From assembly GCA_964658305.1 (NCBI GenBank), contig OZ210885.1:11656001-11720000 (forward strand): a stretch of 64,000 nt of DNA, written 5' to 3'. The position numbers and the translations under genes were made by a program. Positions 23,041 through 32,990 of the stretch are shown here, piece by piece (position 1 is the stretch's first letter; the number at the start of each line of letters is the position of its first letter). The notes under the pieces are model-generated. The model made no database searches. It saw nothing but the letters and a program-made list of their open reading frames with translations, and had not been told where the DNA came from. The DNA comes from Leptogorgia sarmentosa. Taxonomy: Eukaryota.

Positions 23041-23125
23041 GCCTCTTTAGCTCAGGGGTTAGAGCACTGGTTTAGTAAAACAGCTAGGAAACCAGGCGTC
23101 CAGAGTTCAAATCTCTGAAGAGGCT
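23041..23125 (+). tRNA. trnT-AGT: tRNA-Thr(AGT) with putative 12-nt intron, tandem copy
   Basis: Identical to 22778-22862. Confidence 0.8.
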
Positions 23126-23274
23126 TTGTGAATAAGTGTTCATCCGTTCCCTCTTTTGTAATTGGTTACAACGTATGAAGTTAACTCTCGAGATTGTATG
23201 AGAAGTGTGACCTGAAATAAAATTTTCGGAGTGAGTGTATTTCATTAAAAACATGCGATAATACGGGAATTGGC

Positions 23275-23326
23275 CCCGGGCCATGGCGGTGAAAACGCCA
23301 GATCCTAACCACTAAACTGCATGGGA
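23275..23326 (-). pseudogene. 3'-truncated tRNA-Glu(TTC)
   Basis: 5' two-thirds only. Confidence 0.7.
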
Positions 23327-23371
23327 GTGATAACTTGTTCTCCATTCCCGTGTTACAAAGCCAGTTTAATC

Positions 23372-23442
23372 TGCGTTGGCGGGGAATCGAACCCCGGTCT
23401 CCCGCGTGGCAGGCGAGAATTCTACCACTAAACCACGAACGC
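23372..23442 (-). tRNA. trnG-GCC: tRNA-Gly(GCC) variant
   Basis: Loop CT-GCC-AC; one acceptor mismatch. Confidence 0.75.
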
Positions 23443-23649
23443 AAAGTTATCCAATCATTTCGTTATAATGTTCATATTCCACAAGATGCCGATCATTTAC
23501 ACCAAACACCTTCAAATAAAAATTTAGAATAAGTTCTAGGAAATAGTTACACTTTAAACATGAATGGGTAAGAGGGATAGAGCTAGCATAATAGCAATGG
23601 CCTTGCTAATTTTTCAAATTGCATTTTTCCCCTTCTCTCGCAAGTAATA

Positions 23650-23721
23650 TTCCCATGCCGGGAATCGAACCCGGGCCATGGCGGTGAGAGCGCCAGATCC
23701 TGACCACTGGACCACATGGGA
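23650..23721 (-). tRNA. trnE-CTC: tRNA-Glu(CTC)
   Basis: Intact cloverleaf. Confidence 0.92.
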
Positions 23722-24153
23722 GAAACATTTATCTTTTCTCGGAATGTGAATATAACAATAATATTTTTAATTTGAATTTCGAAGAAAATTTTGAGTGACA
23801 GGATCGCCACAAGTGTTTGACCTTGAGGTGAATCCGATGAATAGAACCCGGGCCATGGCGAGTTACAATTTCGAGATCATGTCTGTGTTACGAACTCACA
23901 TTTTTTCTCGAGTTGCAATTGAAATGCAACAAAATGAAAACATTCTTTTCACTACGTTTGGAAATAAATAAGCATTGCTAATAGAATGGTTTCGAGTGGA
24001 ATTTGGAATTAACTTGCACGAGTGAGTTTTGCAAAGACCTCAAAATAGAAAGTTTCTATTGTTCAGAGTGTAGCGCTGAGAGTGTGTAGGTCAGTTGTAG
24101 ATGGATGTGAATGTTCATTAATGAACAACGTGAAACCGGTTGGTTGTAGCAAC

Positions 24154-24235
24154 GTAGTCGTGGCCGAGCGGTTAAGGCGACAGACTAGAAATCTGTTGGG
24201 AGTTTCCCGCGCAGGTTCAAATCCTGCCGACTACG
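24154..24235 (+). tRNA. trnS-AGA: tRNA-Ser(AGA)
   Basis: GTAGTCG/CGACTAC; loop CT-AGA-AA; intact. Confidence 0.93.
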
Positions 24236-24539
24236 TCAAGCAAAGTCTTTAAAATTTTGGTCTCGAAGATAAACATGAATTGTTTTCGGGAAAAATTCGA
24301 TGACAGGAAGTTCTGTTCTCGGTGGTGGTGGCTGAGTGTTTAAAGTGACAGATTCAATGCCCAAGTTTTCCATCTACAAAATCAACGGAAAGAAGTCGCG
24401 TTTTTTATTGTATTAAGGTCATGAAACAAGCCCAGAAATATTTTGTATTTGAATGTAAAATTGAAAAAAAAGAAGTCCGTGAATTGATTATAGCTGCGTT
24501 TGAAAGTATATGTACGTAATTAACCTAGTAGACTACACA

Positions 24540-24611
24540 GGGAGTGTAGCTCAGTGGTAGAGCATTCGACTGCAGATCGAGAGGTCGGTGGTTCAAACCC
24601 GCCCGTTCCTT
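24540..24611 (+). tRNA. trnC-GCA: tRNA-Cys(GCA)
   Basis: TTCGA-CT-GCA-GA-TCGAG; weak G-U-rich acceptor. Confidence 0.82.
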
Positions 24612-24929
24612 CTTATCACACCCATAAACTGGAAACCTTTCAAGTTCCTCAAAGCGGGCTGATGGGAAATATGTCAGCCAAAGGGTTACGATGTATATAC
24701 TACGATTCGTGTTAAATATATCCACCAATACTTTAAAACGTTCGAATCCTGATCTCGGCTTCTGTGTCAAACAGCAAAAAGTATTGTTTTCACCATTACG
24801 AGCATCGTCACCGTTGAAGTTCTGTTTATTATTGCCGTTGGATGTGGCCTTGGCAAAAAATGAGATTTTTGACCAAAAATAATATCCATTATTTTTATAT
24901 CCCCTCTCGGAAGGTTTTCAATGGAGTCA

Positions 24930-24935
24930 GTCTCT

Positions 24936-24979
<44 letters not shown>

Positions 24980-25003
24980 TTGGTTCGAGTCCAACCAGGG
25001 ACG
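24930..25003 (+). tRNA. trnN-GTT: tRNA-Asn(GTT)
   Basis: GTCTCTGTGGCGCAATCGGTTAGCGC...; intact. Confidence 0.93.
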
Positions 25004-25125
25004 TGTTTGGTGTGATGTTATTCAGACGTCGTAACGGTAAATGTAACCGAATTTTTTGCGCGAGGTTTTCTAAGGAATTACGGAAGCTTTCAAAATAGAG
25101 AACGTCTTACTTGGGTAATTAACTG

Positions 25126-25197
25126 GGGCTTGCACGGGAATCGAACCCGTGACCTCTCGCACCCAAAGCGAGAATCATACCACTAGACCAGCAAGCC
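25126..25197 (-). tRNA. trnP-TGG: tRNA-Pro(TGG)
   Basis: Loop TT-TGG-GT; intact. Confidence 0.93.
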
Positions 25198-25508
25198 GTT
25201 GTTGATACCAAATTGTTTTCTAATGTATTTTCTAGTGACAAAGAAAAATTTGGTACTAATGTTTCCAAAACATTTTCCAATCGATCTTCCCGAAAGAAAT
25301 CAGATTTTATTGAAAAAATAGTATCAATTATTGCTGTATTTTTACGACCCAGAGGGTTAAGATGGATATACTACCATTCGTGTTAAATATATCCTCCAAT
25401 GCTTGAAAACGATTAGTCCTGCTAATAATTACCGCAATATTTTGTTGGATTTTACTGGCAGATTGAAGATATTTTCATTTCGAAGTGCAAGCCAATATTA
25501 TTGCCAAC

Positions 25509-25590
25509 GTAGTCGTGGCCGAGCGGTTAAGGCGGCAGACTTGAAATCTGTTGGGAAATTCCCGCGCAGGTTCAAATCCTGCCGACTACG
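25509..25590 (+). tRNA. trnS-TGA: tRNA-Ser(TGA)
   Basis: Same body as Ser(AGA); loop CT-TGA-AA. Confidence 0.9.
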
Positions 25591-25727
25591 GAAAAGCGAT
25601 TTTTTCTAGGATGTAGCTATTTGGCAAAATTAATGGCGTAGTAGCGCTTTTAAAATGGTTTGATTTCAGAGAACGAGTTTGAAAATGTGAACACAAGCTG
25701 ATTCAAATTGAAATTTTAAAAAAAAAA

Positions 25728-25799
25728 CTCCCACGCCAGGATTCGAACCCGGGCCATGGCGGTGAAAACGCCATAACCGAACTATTAGACCACATGGGA
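25728..25799 (-). pseudogene. trnE-TTC: Degenerate tRNA-Glu(TTC)
   Basis: D-arm disrupted. Confidence 0.75.
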
Positions 25800-25889
25800 G
25801 TGATAACTTGTTGTCTATTCCTGTGCTGCAAAGCACGTTTTTTTCTCGTGTTGCAGTTAAAATTGAAATGCAACAAAATGAAAATAATC

Positions 25890-25985
25890 TGCGTTAGCGG
25901 GGAATCGAACCCCGGTCTCCCGCAACAATTGAACTCTGGACCCCTGGTTTACGAAACCAGTGCTCTAACCTCTGAGCTCTAACCT
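25890..25985 (-). pseudogene. Adjacent fragments: 3' part of tRNA-Gly and internal part of tRNA-Thr(CGT)
   Basis: TGCGTTAGCGGGGAATCGAACCCCGGTCTCCCGC abuts TTGAACTCTGGACCCCTGGTTTACGAAACCAGTGCTCTAACCTCTGAGCTCTAACCT. Confidence 0.75.
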
Positions 25986-26133
25986 GCAGGCGAAATCTTT
26001 TTAAGATGCTTTATCGTACATAATGCTCTTTGGTTAGCTTTGTTATTTGATCAGTGTCCACATCTTGGATACCTCATGCAACATATTCGTGGCAATTGTC
26101 TTCACTGTGCTTCGAAGAAATCGAGAAAAATTG

Positions 26134-26218
26134 AGCCTCATCAGAGATTTGAACTCTGGACCCCTGGTTTACCAGCTGTTTTACTAGACCAGTGCTCTAA
26201 CCCCTGAGCTAATGAGGC
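26134..26218 (-). tRNA. trnT-AGT: tRNA-Thr(AGT) with putative 12-nt intron (26170-26181)
   Basis: Otherwise perfect cloverleaf; CTGGT-CT-AGT-A[AAACAGCTGGTA]A-ACCAG. Confidence 0.85.
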
Positions 26219-26491
26219 ACGTTGTAAACTGCATGTTGCTTTCACATGCTTGTCGTTGAATTTTATTACTTAAATTACCTTTGCTATTCTTGACTAATTC
26301 AGTTCATATTGCAAAATGATTAAAATTGAAATTATGTCCTGGTAAGTCTGTTAGAAGTTCCTCACTTCCTGTTACAAGCTCCTCGCTTATTGACTTTCTG
26401 TGTGAAAGTTGTAACTTAAAACCACGAAATGGCACCACAAATTTCGAACAATAATTATCTAATTAAACTGAATTATTTTGCGCATATGCCA

Positions 26492-26564
26492 GTTTCCGTA
26501 GTGTAGTGGTTATCACATGCGCTTAACACGCGCAAGGTTCTCAGTTCGAACCTCGGCGGAAACC
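26492..26564 (+). tRNA. trnV-AAC: tRNA-Val(AAC) variant
   Basis: Paralog of 11272; discriminator C. Confidence 0.75.
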
Positions 26565-26675
26565 TACACATGAGCTTTTTTAACTGGAGATTTTTTTTCT
26601 TTGGAAATTTTCAATAAAACACGAGAAAAATTAATTAAAGTAAATACATCTATTTCTATGTTTGGGCGTAGGTCA

Positions 26676-26748
26676 GTTTCCGTAGTGCAATGGTTATCAC
26701 ATGCGCTTAACACGGGCAAGGTCCTCAGTTCGAACCTGGGCGGAAACA
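26676..26748 (+). tRNA. trnV-AAC: tRNA-Val(AAC) variant
   Basis: Loop TT-AAC-AC; anticodon-stem mismatch. Confidence 0.72.
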
Positions 26749-26833
26749 TAGATATGAGCTTTTTTAAATTGAGAAACATACATATATAAGCTTTTTTCTA
26801 CTAGGCTTATTTTTCTTTGGAATTATCCAGTAA

Positions 26834-27113
26834 CCAGATGATCTCGCATTCGTGTTTCAGCCAATCAGCGTTCAGAAAGGGTTGCCCGAATAGAAATCCA
26901 TTTTGCTATATTCACACGATTATATCTTTCGTTATTCTGTACGAAACTACTTGAAATTTTGTGATTATGTTTGGTTATGAGAACTATAGCTCTGACAAAA
27001 ATATGGAATCGAAATAAAGTATATTATGAGAGATATTTAGTTGTTTCGGTCGAAAAATGGATTTCTATTTGTTAGCTAGTCCCAGTCCTTTTCCGTGTAT
27101 CGAGATCACCTGG
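26834..27113. mobile_element. 280-bp MITE; relatives at ~34937-35205 (reverse) and ~37670-37885
   Basis: TIR CCAGATGATCTCG / CGAGATCACCTGG; absent from the paralogous sites near 11555, 12585 and 28240. Confidence 0.8.
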
Positions 27114-27203
27114 AAGAACCAGAAAAATATTCTTGCTGATATCGAATTAGTTTAACTAGATCAGCTTTGAAAAGAAATGCTCTCAATTTGTTTGTAAATT
27201 TGT

Positions 27204-27327
27204 TGTCAGGAGTGGGATTCGAACCCACGACCACATGTGTGGACCAGAACGCCCTATTATGTCAAGGTTGATCGTGACAAGTTTTTGCACTTGAGTCTGG
27301 CGCCTTAGACCGCTCGGCCATCCTGAC
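27204..27327 (-). tRNA. trnL-CAA: tRNA-Leu(CAA) with 40-nt intron
   Basis: Intact; paralog of 12674-12797. Confidence 0.92.
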
Positions 27328-27682
27328 ACACATGAAAACATGGAATTTCCTACCACATTTATTCTTTGCTGCCTTCAACATGCCACATCCCGTTCTGATT
27401 TTCTTTGACAACTGACGTGAGCCGAATACGTGACGGAGGCACCCATTATTTTATTGGAATTTTTTTAATAAATCGCAGTTAAAATCGAACGATTTTAAAA
27501 CCATTGCGAATTTTCAATGGCCATCGGAAATACTGTGTTTATGTTGTTTTTGTGTTATCTTGTTAGCGCTTGGGAGGGTGAATTTATGGATTGCTATACA
27601 TTTCTTGAATTTGTTTCAAATTTGTTGTTGCATCGATTCTCTCCTCCAGAATTTTGTCTCTGTTTTGTAATTGTCCCAATTC

Positions 27683-27755
27683 GTTTCTGTAGTGAAGAGG
27701 TTATCACGTGCGCCTCACAGGCGCAAGGTCCCCAGTTCAATCCTGGGCAGAAAGG
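27683..27755 (+). pseudogene. trnV-CAC: Degenerate tRNA-Val(CAC)
   Basis: Paralog of 12214 with D-loop and 3' end changes. Confidence 0.75.
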
Positions 27756-27926
27756 AGGAATCAATAATTCAGCGACTCTGGGCGGAAAGTTTTAGTGCTT
27801 TCATTTTAAATTTGTTACTTGGAAATAATTATATTGGAACCACGAAATGGCACCACAAATTTCGGATAATAAATATATAATTAAACTGGATAAATACATT
27901 TCTATGTATGCGCATAGGCCAAGTCA

Positions 27927-27999
27927 GTTTCCGTAATGTAGTGGTTATCATATGCGCTTAACACGTGCAAGGTCCTCAGTTCGAACCTGGGCGGAAACA
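27927..27999 (+). tRNA. trnV-AAC: tRNA-Val(AAC) variant
   Basis: Cloverleaf retained. Confidence 0.78.
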
Positions 28000-28111
28000 T
28001 ACATATGAGCTTTTTTTACTGCAGATATTTTTTTTGGAAAATTTCAATAAAAAACCTAAAAAATTAATTACAGTGAATACATCTATTTCTATATGTTTTG
28101 CGCATATGTCA

Positions 28112-28184
28112 GTCTCCGTAGTGTAGTCGTTATCACATGCGCTTAACACGCGCAAGATCCTCAGTTCGAACCTGGGCGGAAACA
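28112..28184 (+). tRNA. trnV-AAC: tRNA-Val(AAC) variant (possible pseudogene)
   Basis: Acceptor mismatch; D-loop GG altered. Confidence 0.7.
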
Positions 28185-28328
28185 TACATATATGAGCTTT
28201 TTTCTACTAGGCTTTTTTTTCTTTGGAATTTTTCAGTAAAGAACAAGAAAAATATTCTTGCTGATATCGAATTAGTTTTAATAGATCAGCTTTGAAAAGA
28301 AATGTTCTCAATTTTTTTGTAAAATTGT

Positions 28329-28452
28329 TGTCAGGAGTGGGATTCGAACCCACGACCACATGTGTGGACCAGAGCGCCCTATTATGTCAAGGTTGATCGT
28401 GACAAGTTTTTGCAATTCAGTCTGGCGCCTTAGACCGCTTGGCCATCCTGAC
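28329..28452 (-). pseudogene. Intron-containing tRNA-Leu body with anticodon changed to GAA
   Basis: CCAGA-CT-GAA-T versus CT-CAA-G in its paralogs. Confidence 0.78.
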
Positions 28453-29385
28453 ACACATGAAAACATGGAATTTCCTACCACATTTATTCTTTGCTACCTT
28501 CAACATGCCACATGCCGTTCTGATTTTCTCTTGACAACTGACGTGAGCCGAATACGTGACGGGGGCACACATTATTTTATTGGAATTTTTTGAATCAATT
28601 GCAGTTAAAGTCGAACGATTTTAAAACCATTGCGAAATTTCATTGGTCATCGCAAATACTGGGTTTATGTTGTTTTTGTATTATCTCGTTAATTTTTGGG
28701 AGGGTGAAATTGAGGAATTGCTATACTTCTCGTTTAGTACACCAAGGTGCTGGAGTGGGATTCAGATGCTTTTCCAATTTAGAGAAAAAAACATGTTGAT
28801 AAAAAAACATACATGCACTGGTAAAAGTAACTGCAAGTCGTGCATCTTTGCAAAATCGTTCGCACGTGCCAGCAAATTTGTATAGGAAATTACGCGGTTC
28901 GAGTATTAATGAAAAATTGCCCGCTTGTTTGGCGAAATATTTTGCGGTATTTCGCCAAACATAAGTGCAATTTTTCATTAATACTTCGAGAACAAGTGTA
29001 ATTACCTTTTAAAATCATTGTAGTCAATTTCAGTGCAATTTCAATATCAAACAAATGAAAATCCATCCTATAAAATTATACGAGAAACGAAAATTTTACT
29101 CTAGTTTTACTTGTTTTTAAGTTTACCGCTCGCATATCGCGGGCTCGAAACCGTGGTATTTGAAAAATTAATTACACACCTGTGTAATTAATGTTTAATT
29201 CGACCAGTTGTTGAAGCTTTTTAGCCAATCAGCGTCCTGGAAATTGACTAAAATGATATTAAATTGCAAATTTCCCAGCTTTTCTAATGCAGTTCATAGT
29301 ACTTACAGTATAGAGCTGGGAGTGTAGGCCAGTTGTAGATGTCAATGTTTAGTTGAACAACGCGAAACCTGTTGTTTGTAGCGAG

Positions 29386-29467
29386 GCAGTCGTGGCCGAG
29401 CGGTTAAGGCGACAGAGTAGAAAGCTGTTGGGAGTTTCCCGCGCAGGTTCAAATCCTGCCGACTACG
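29386..29467 (+). pseudogene. trnS-AGA: Degenerate tRNA-Ser(AGA)
   Basis: Paralog of 24154 with anticodon-arm and acceptor mismatches. Confidence 0.78.
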
Positions 29468-29735
29468 TTATGCAAAGCCTTCACGATTTTGGCCTCGAAT
29501 GTAAACATGAATTTTTTTTTTTTTGGGGGGGGGGGGAACTTCATGAGAGGAAATTCTGTTCTCGGTGGTGGTGGCTGAGTGTTTAAAGTGACAGATTCAA
29601 TGTACAAGTTTTCCATCTACGAAAACAATGGAAAGAAGTCGTGTTTTTTATTGTATTAAGGTTATGAAAGGTCCGTGAATTGATTATAGCTGCGTTTGAA
29701 ATAATATGTACGTAATTAACCTTGCCGACTACAAC

Positions 29736-29808
29736 GGGAGTGTAGCTCAGTGGTATGAGCATTCGACTGCAGATCGAGAGGTCGGTGGTTCAAATCCGCC
29801 CGCTCCTT
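29736..29808 (+). tRNA. trnC-GCA: tRNA-Cys(GCA) with a 1-nt D-loop insertion
   Basis: Loop CT-GCA-GA; T-arm GGTGG-TTCAAAT-CCGCC. Confidence 0.8.
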
Positions 29809-30701
29809 ATAACGCTCCTTATAATCATGCCTATAGACTACAAATCCTTCAAATTCTTTAAAGGCCTGATGGAAAAAATGCAACCCAAAGGGTTAAGATG
29901 CATGTACTACGTTTCGTGTTAAATATATCCACCAATTCTTGAAAACGATTAGTCCTGCTGTTAGTTACTTAAATTTTACTGGAAGATTGAAGATTTATTC
30001 TTTTTGAAGTACAAGCCAAGATTAATGCCAGTGGTATAGACGTCAATGTTTAGATGAACGACGCGAAACCCGTTTAAAAAAGAGAAAATTGATAAAAAGA
30101 AGTTCATTAAGAACCTTTTTAAAAAGCAAAGTATTCAACTTCTAACAGGTTTGTATTTTGCAAAAACTTGTTCTTCGCTTGGCAAGGACGAAGTTCGTGT
30201 TTATGTCATGATGTAAACAAAGGTGCAAAATTGATGTACTTCATTTAAGGACAAAATTGACAGTTTAACCGATAACATTGATTCACTAGAGATTTCACAA
30301 CTATATGCTTTATAATATACTTTTCGGAAATTACACCAGTATTATCAGAATACTTTTACCAATGCTGTAAATGATTAGCCGTTCTGGTGTCAAAAAAAGA
30401 GTTGCTGCGAAAGGGCGAGTACTAGCTAAATCGCGAGAAAAATGAGTTTGGTTAGCTTTATTTCCGTAGCTGTACCTCTTTGATTTAATTCACTGATTTG
30501 CCAGAAAACGTTGTACATATTTAGTGATAATATCCTAGAAGTACGGGCTGCTATTTTTTGCCGAATTTTGTTGACGAGACGTAGATTTTTTCGACTTGTT
30601 TTCACGCGTAGTGAGTCATATTATTATTTACTTGCCAACCTTATCATCTGAACGTTATGTCAAGCGTGTTATACTTTTTTCATTCTCTCCCAAATATCTA
30701 A

Positions 30702-30772
30702 TTCCCATGCTGGGAACCGAACCCGGGTTTGGCGGCGAGAGCGCCAGATCATGACCACTGCACCACATGGGA
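30702..30772 (-). pseudogene. trnE-CTC: Degenerate tRNA-Glu(CTC)
   Basis: Multiple substitutions and a 1-nt deletion. Confidence 0.72.
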
Positions 30773-31045
30773 GAAACATTATTTTATCTTTTCCCGGAAT
30801 GTGAGTATATAAGTAAAAAATTGTGTTAAATTAATAAATAGTTGTCTATATGCCTGTATAATAGTACCAGTTTATGGAACATTTAACATTCATTTATTAT
30901 GGAAGTTTACTTTAATGATGCCAAAATATTCCACAAAATACGACAACTTTTGAAAAGCTTTTAATTTTGCTATTTTTCGAAAAAGTATAGAATTTAAATT
31001 ACAAATTCATATTGAGTTTGTGCCGTTTTTCACCTGGCAATACAG

Positions 31046-31446
31046 GTTCTCCAAAATTGGGCGAGATATTCAACTCAGCCCGAGATTGTCTTGATGTTGT
31101 TGATAAATTAGCTGGAGCAAAAGATGGATCTTGCTGGATCTTCGGAAGAACCCACAAGGTACAAGCTCATGCTTCCGAAGCTGAAATCTACATAATGAAT
31201 CTTGCAAATATTTTTTTTAATTATTTTAATTAGGTTTGGTGTTATATTCATACAGGCCAAGGTGGATTAATTTGTGTTGGTTGGAAGGGAGAATTGTTCA
31301 GTAAGTTCGACAGTCCCATCAGATTCGTCCCCAGTTGACCCACAAGGACCGCCACTGTGGTCAAGTGTTTTTGGCGATATCACAGTTCTTGATTTTAGAG
31401 TCCAGGTGTCAACAAACAAAAGTTTTTATGGCACAAGAGCAGACTG
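31046..31446 (+). pseudogene. Two exons of a fibrinogen-related/COLFI-like N-terminal module gene, frameshifted
   Basis: Exon 31046-31158 ...SARDCLDVVDKLAGAKDGSCWI...; GT-AG intron; exon from 31234 VWCYIHTGQGG then frameshift to VLVGRENCSVSSTVPSDSSPVDPQGPPLWSSVFGDITVLDFRVQ...ADW and a GTAAG donor. Resembles ARSCxDI...DGxYWI...VYCDMxTxGGGWTLV. Confidence 0.6.
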
Positions 31447-32760
31447 GTAAGAATACACAAACTAATAATTTCTTGTTAACCATGCGCAAAGTCAGCACCG
31501 AGCTCGTCTTTTGTACCGACAGTGCACGTAGTGCGAGTTATAACAGGAAAATGATTATCTCATACGAACATATGATTGAAACTTTAACACTTTCTATCAT
31601 ATCAGCAACTTTCCAATAAAGAATACCGAATGGTTTTCCGTGCAGGATTGAGTCATCCATGCACGTGGGATGTGACCACTTTTGGAAAGCGTAAAAAATC
31701 ACGAGCCGCAGGCGAGTCACTTTCCGAAACTCAAGCCACATCCCAAGTGTATGGATAACGCCATCCTGCACGGAAAAATCATTTGGTAATTGTTTTATAA
31801 AATAACTAAAAACGTTAACTTCTTTTCCATAAATACGAAAACTCTTGTTCGTTGGTTTCGATAGCAATTTGTGTTACTGTCAAATTTTCGTAGCTATTTA
31901 TTTATTGCCAACATTTTAAAAATCCCGTGACTCGTGAGCATTATGCTCGTGAATGAAGAGCCCCTTAGTCTGCAAACAAACTTATAAGGATCGATGGTCC
32001 AATGTTGTATCTGTAAAACACTGCTGAAATGAAAAGATTTTAGAAAATACGACTAATTAAGAGATAATGACGTCTGAAGTTCAGTAAGGTTTGCTGGTAA
32101 TGCTGTTAATGTGACGACCATTTGCAAGCATCATTGGTAATTTTACTTTTATTGACAAATGTTCTATAATAATTCGATATTGTAAACCAGCAAATACAAC
32201 TAAAAATCTAGACTAAAGTTGAAACAATCATTTTCAAATATACAGTTGCCTCTTATATTAATTAGGCGAATTGCTAAACATTTCCACATATGTTCACTGT
32301 TTCACTTATTCAGTGATACTATTTTAACTATCTTATACGTTTACTATACCGTCATTGAGAATTAAGAGAAAATTCTTAGCATGACGTTTTCTCGATAATT
32401 ATTTACAGCATGGACTGAATAAAAATGTTTGTAATAAGACAGGTGAATTCAAAACACGCAGAGTCCCACTGAAATATTTTCCCTACCACCCCATTTCTCC
32501 TCCCGGACAAGAATTTTTGAAATACTGACAGTAGGGATATTGAATAATGAATGAGGTAAAATGTATTAAACATTGAAGTAGAAATAATCAATCTCCATGT
32601 CAAAAAATATGAAACCTGCGCCTATTATCAAATTAATGACTTTCAAAAATTTCCAATGAAATTTACCGATTTTCCGACAAACTGATATTGTCCCATACAC
32701 CATGCAACAAGTCAACTACCGCTTTCAATATCCTATTTCGCTTCGAATTTCACAACTGAA

Positions 32761-32990
32761 GGCTGCATTCCAGTTACCCGTTTTTACACGTACATGTACG
32801 TACGTAAATGTCTAAATCTCTCTATATTTCATTTCATTAATAAAATACCTTTAGAAACACATACTACATCATTCAAAGTATGAGATGCTTTACATGTATT
32901 CATGTGATTGCATAGAAACTAACGTTGAAATCAATTTCACTAATTTTTACACGTACGTGCGTACGAAAAATGCGTAACCGGAAAACAGCC
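32761..32990. mobile_element. Degenerate Harbinger-like MITE
   Basis: GGCTGCATTCCAGTTACCCGTTTTT vs AAAAATGCGTAACCGGAAAACAGCC. Confidence 0.5.

Larger units (their letters stand above)
22691..23212 (+). repeat. 263-bp tandem duplication carrying tRNA-Thr(AGT)
   Basis: AAAACACATGATAATACGGGAATTC starts at 22691 and 22954; units near identical. Confidence 0.9.

Noticed and set aside
25509..25590. Selenocysteine or opal-suppressor tRNA
   Set aside because: The anticodon is TGA (reads UCA, Ser), not TCA, and the body matches Ser(AGA)
11293..29586. Many 60-110 aa ORFs across the tRNA cluster
   Set aside because: They are translations of tRNA genes and spacers, many starting at non-ATG codons
10840..30772. 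tRNA-derived SINE family
   Set aside because: Copies are whole tRNAs duplicated with their 5' and 3' flanks, without tails or TSDs
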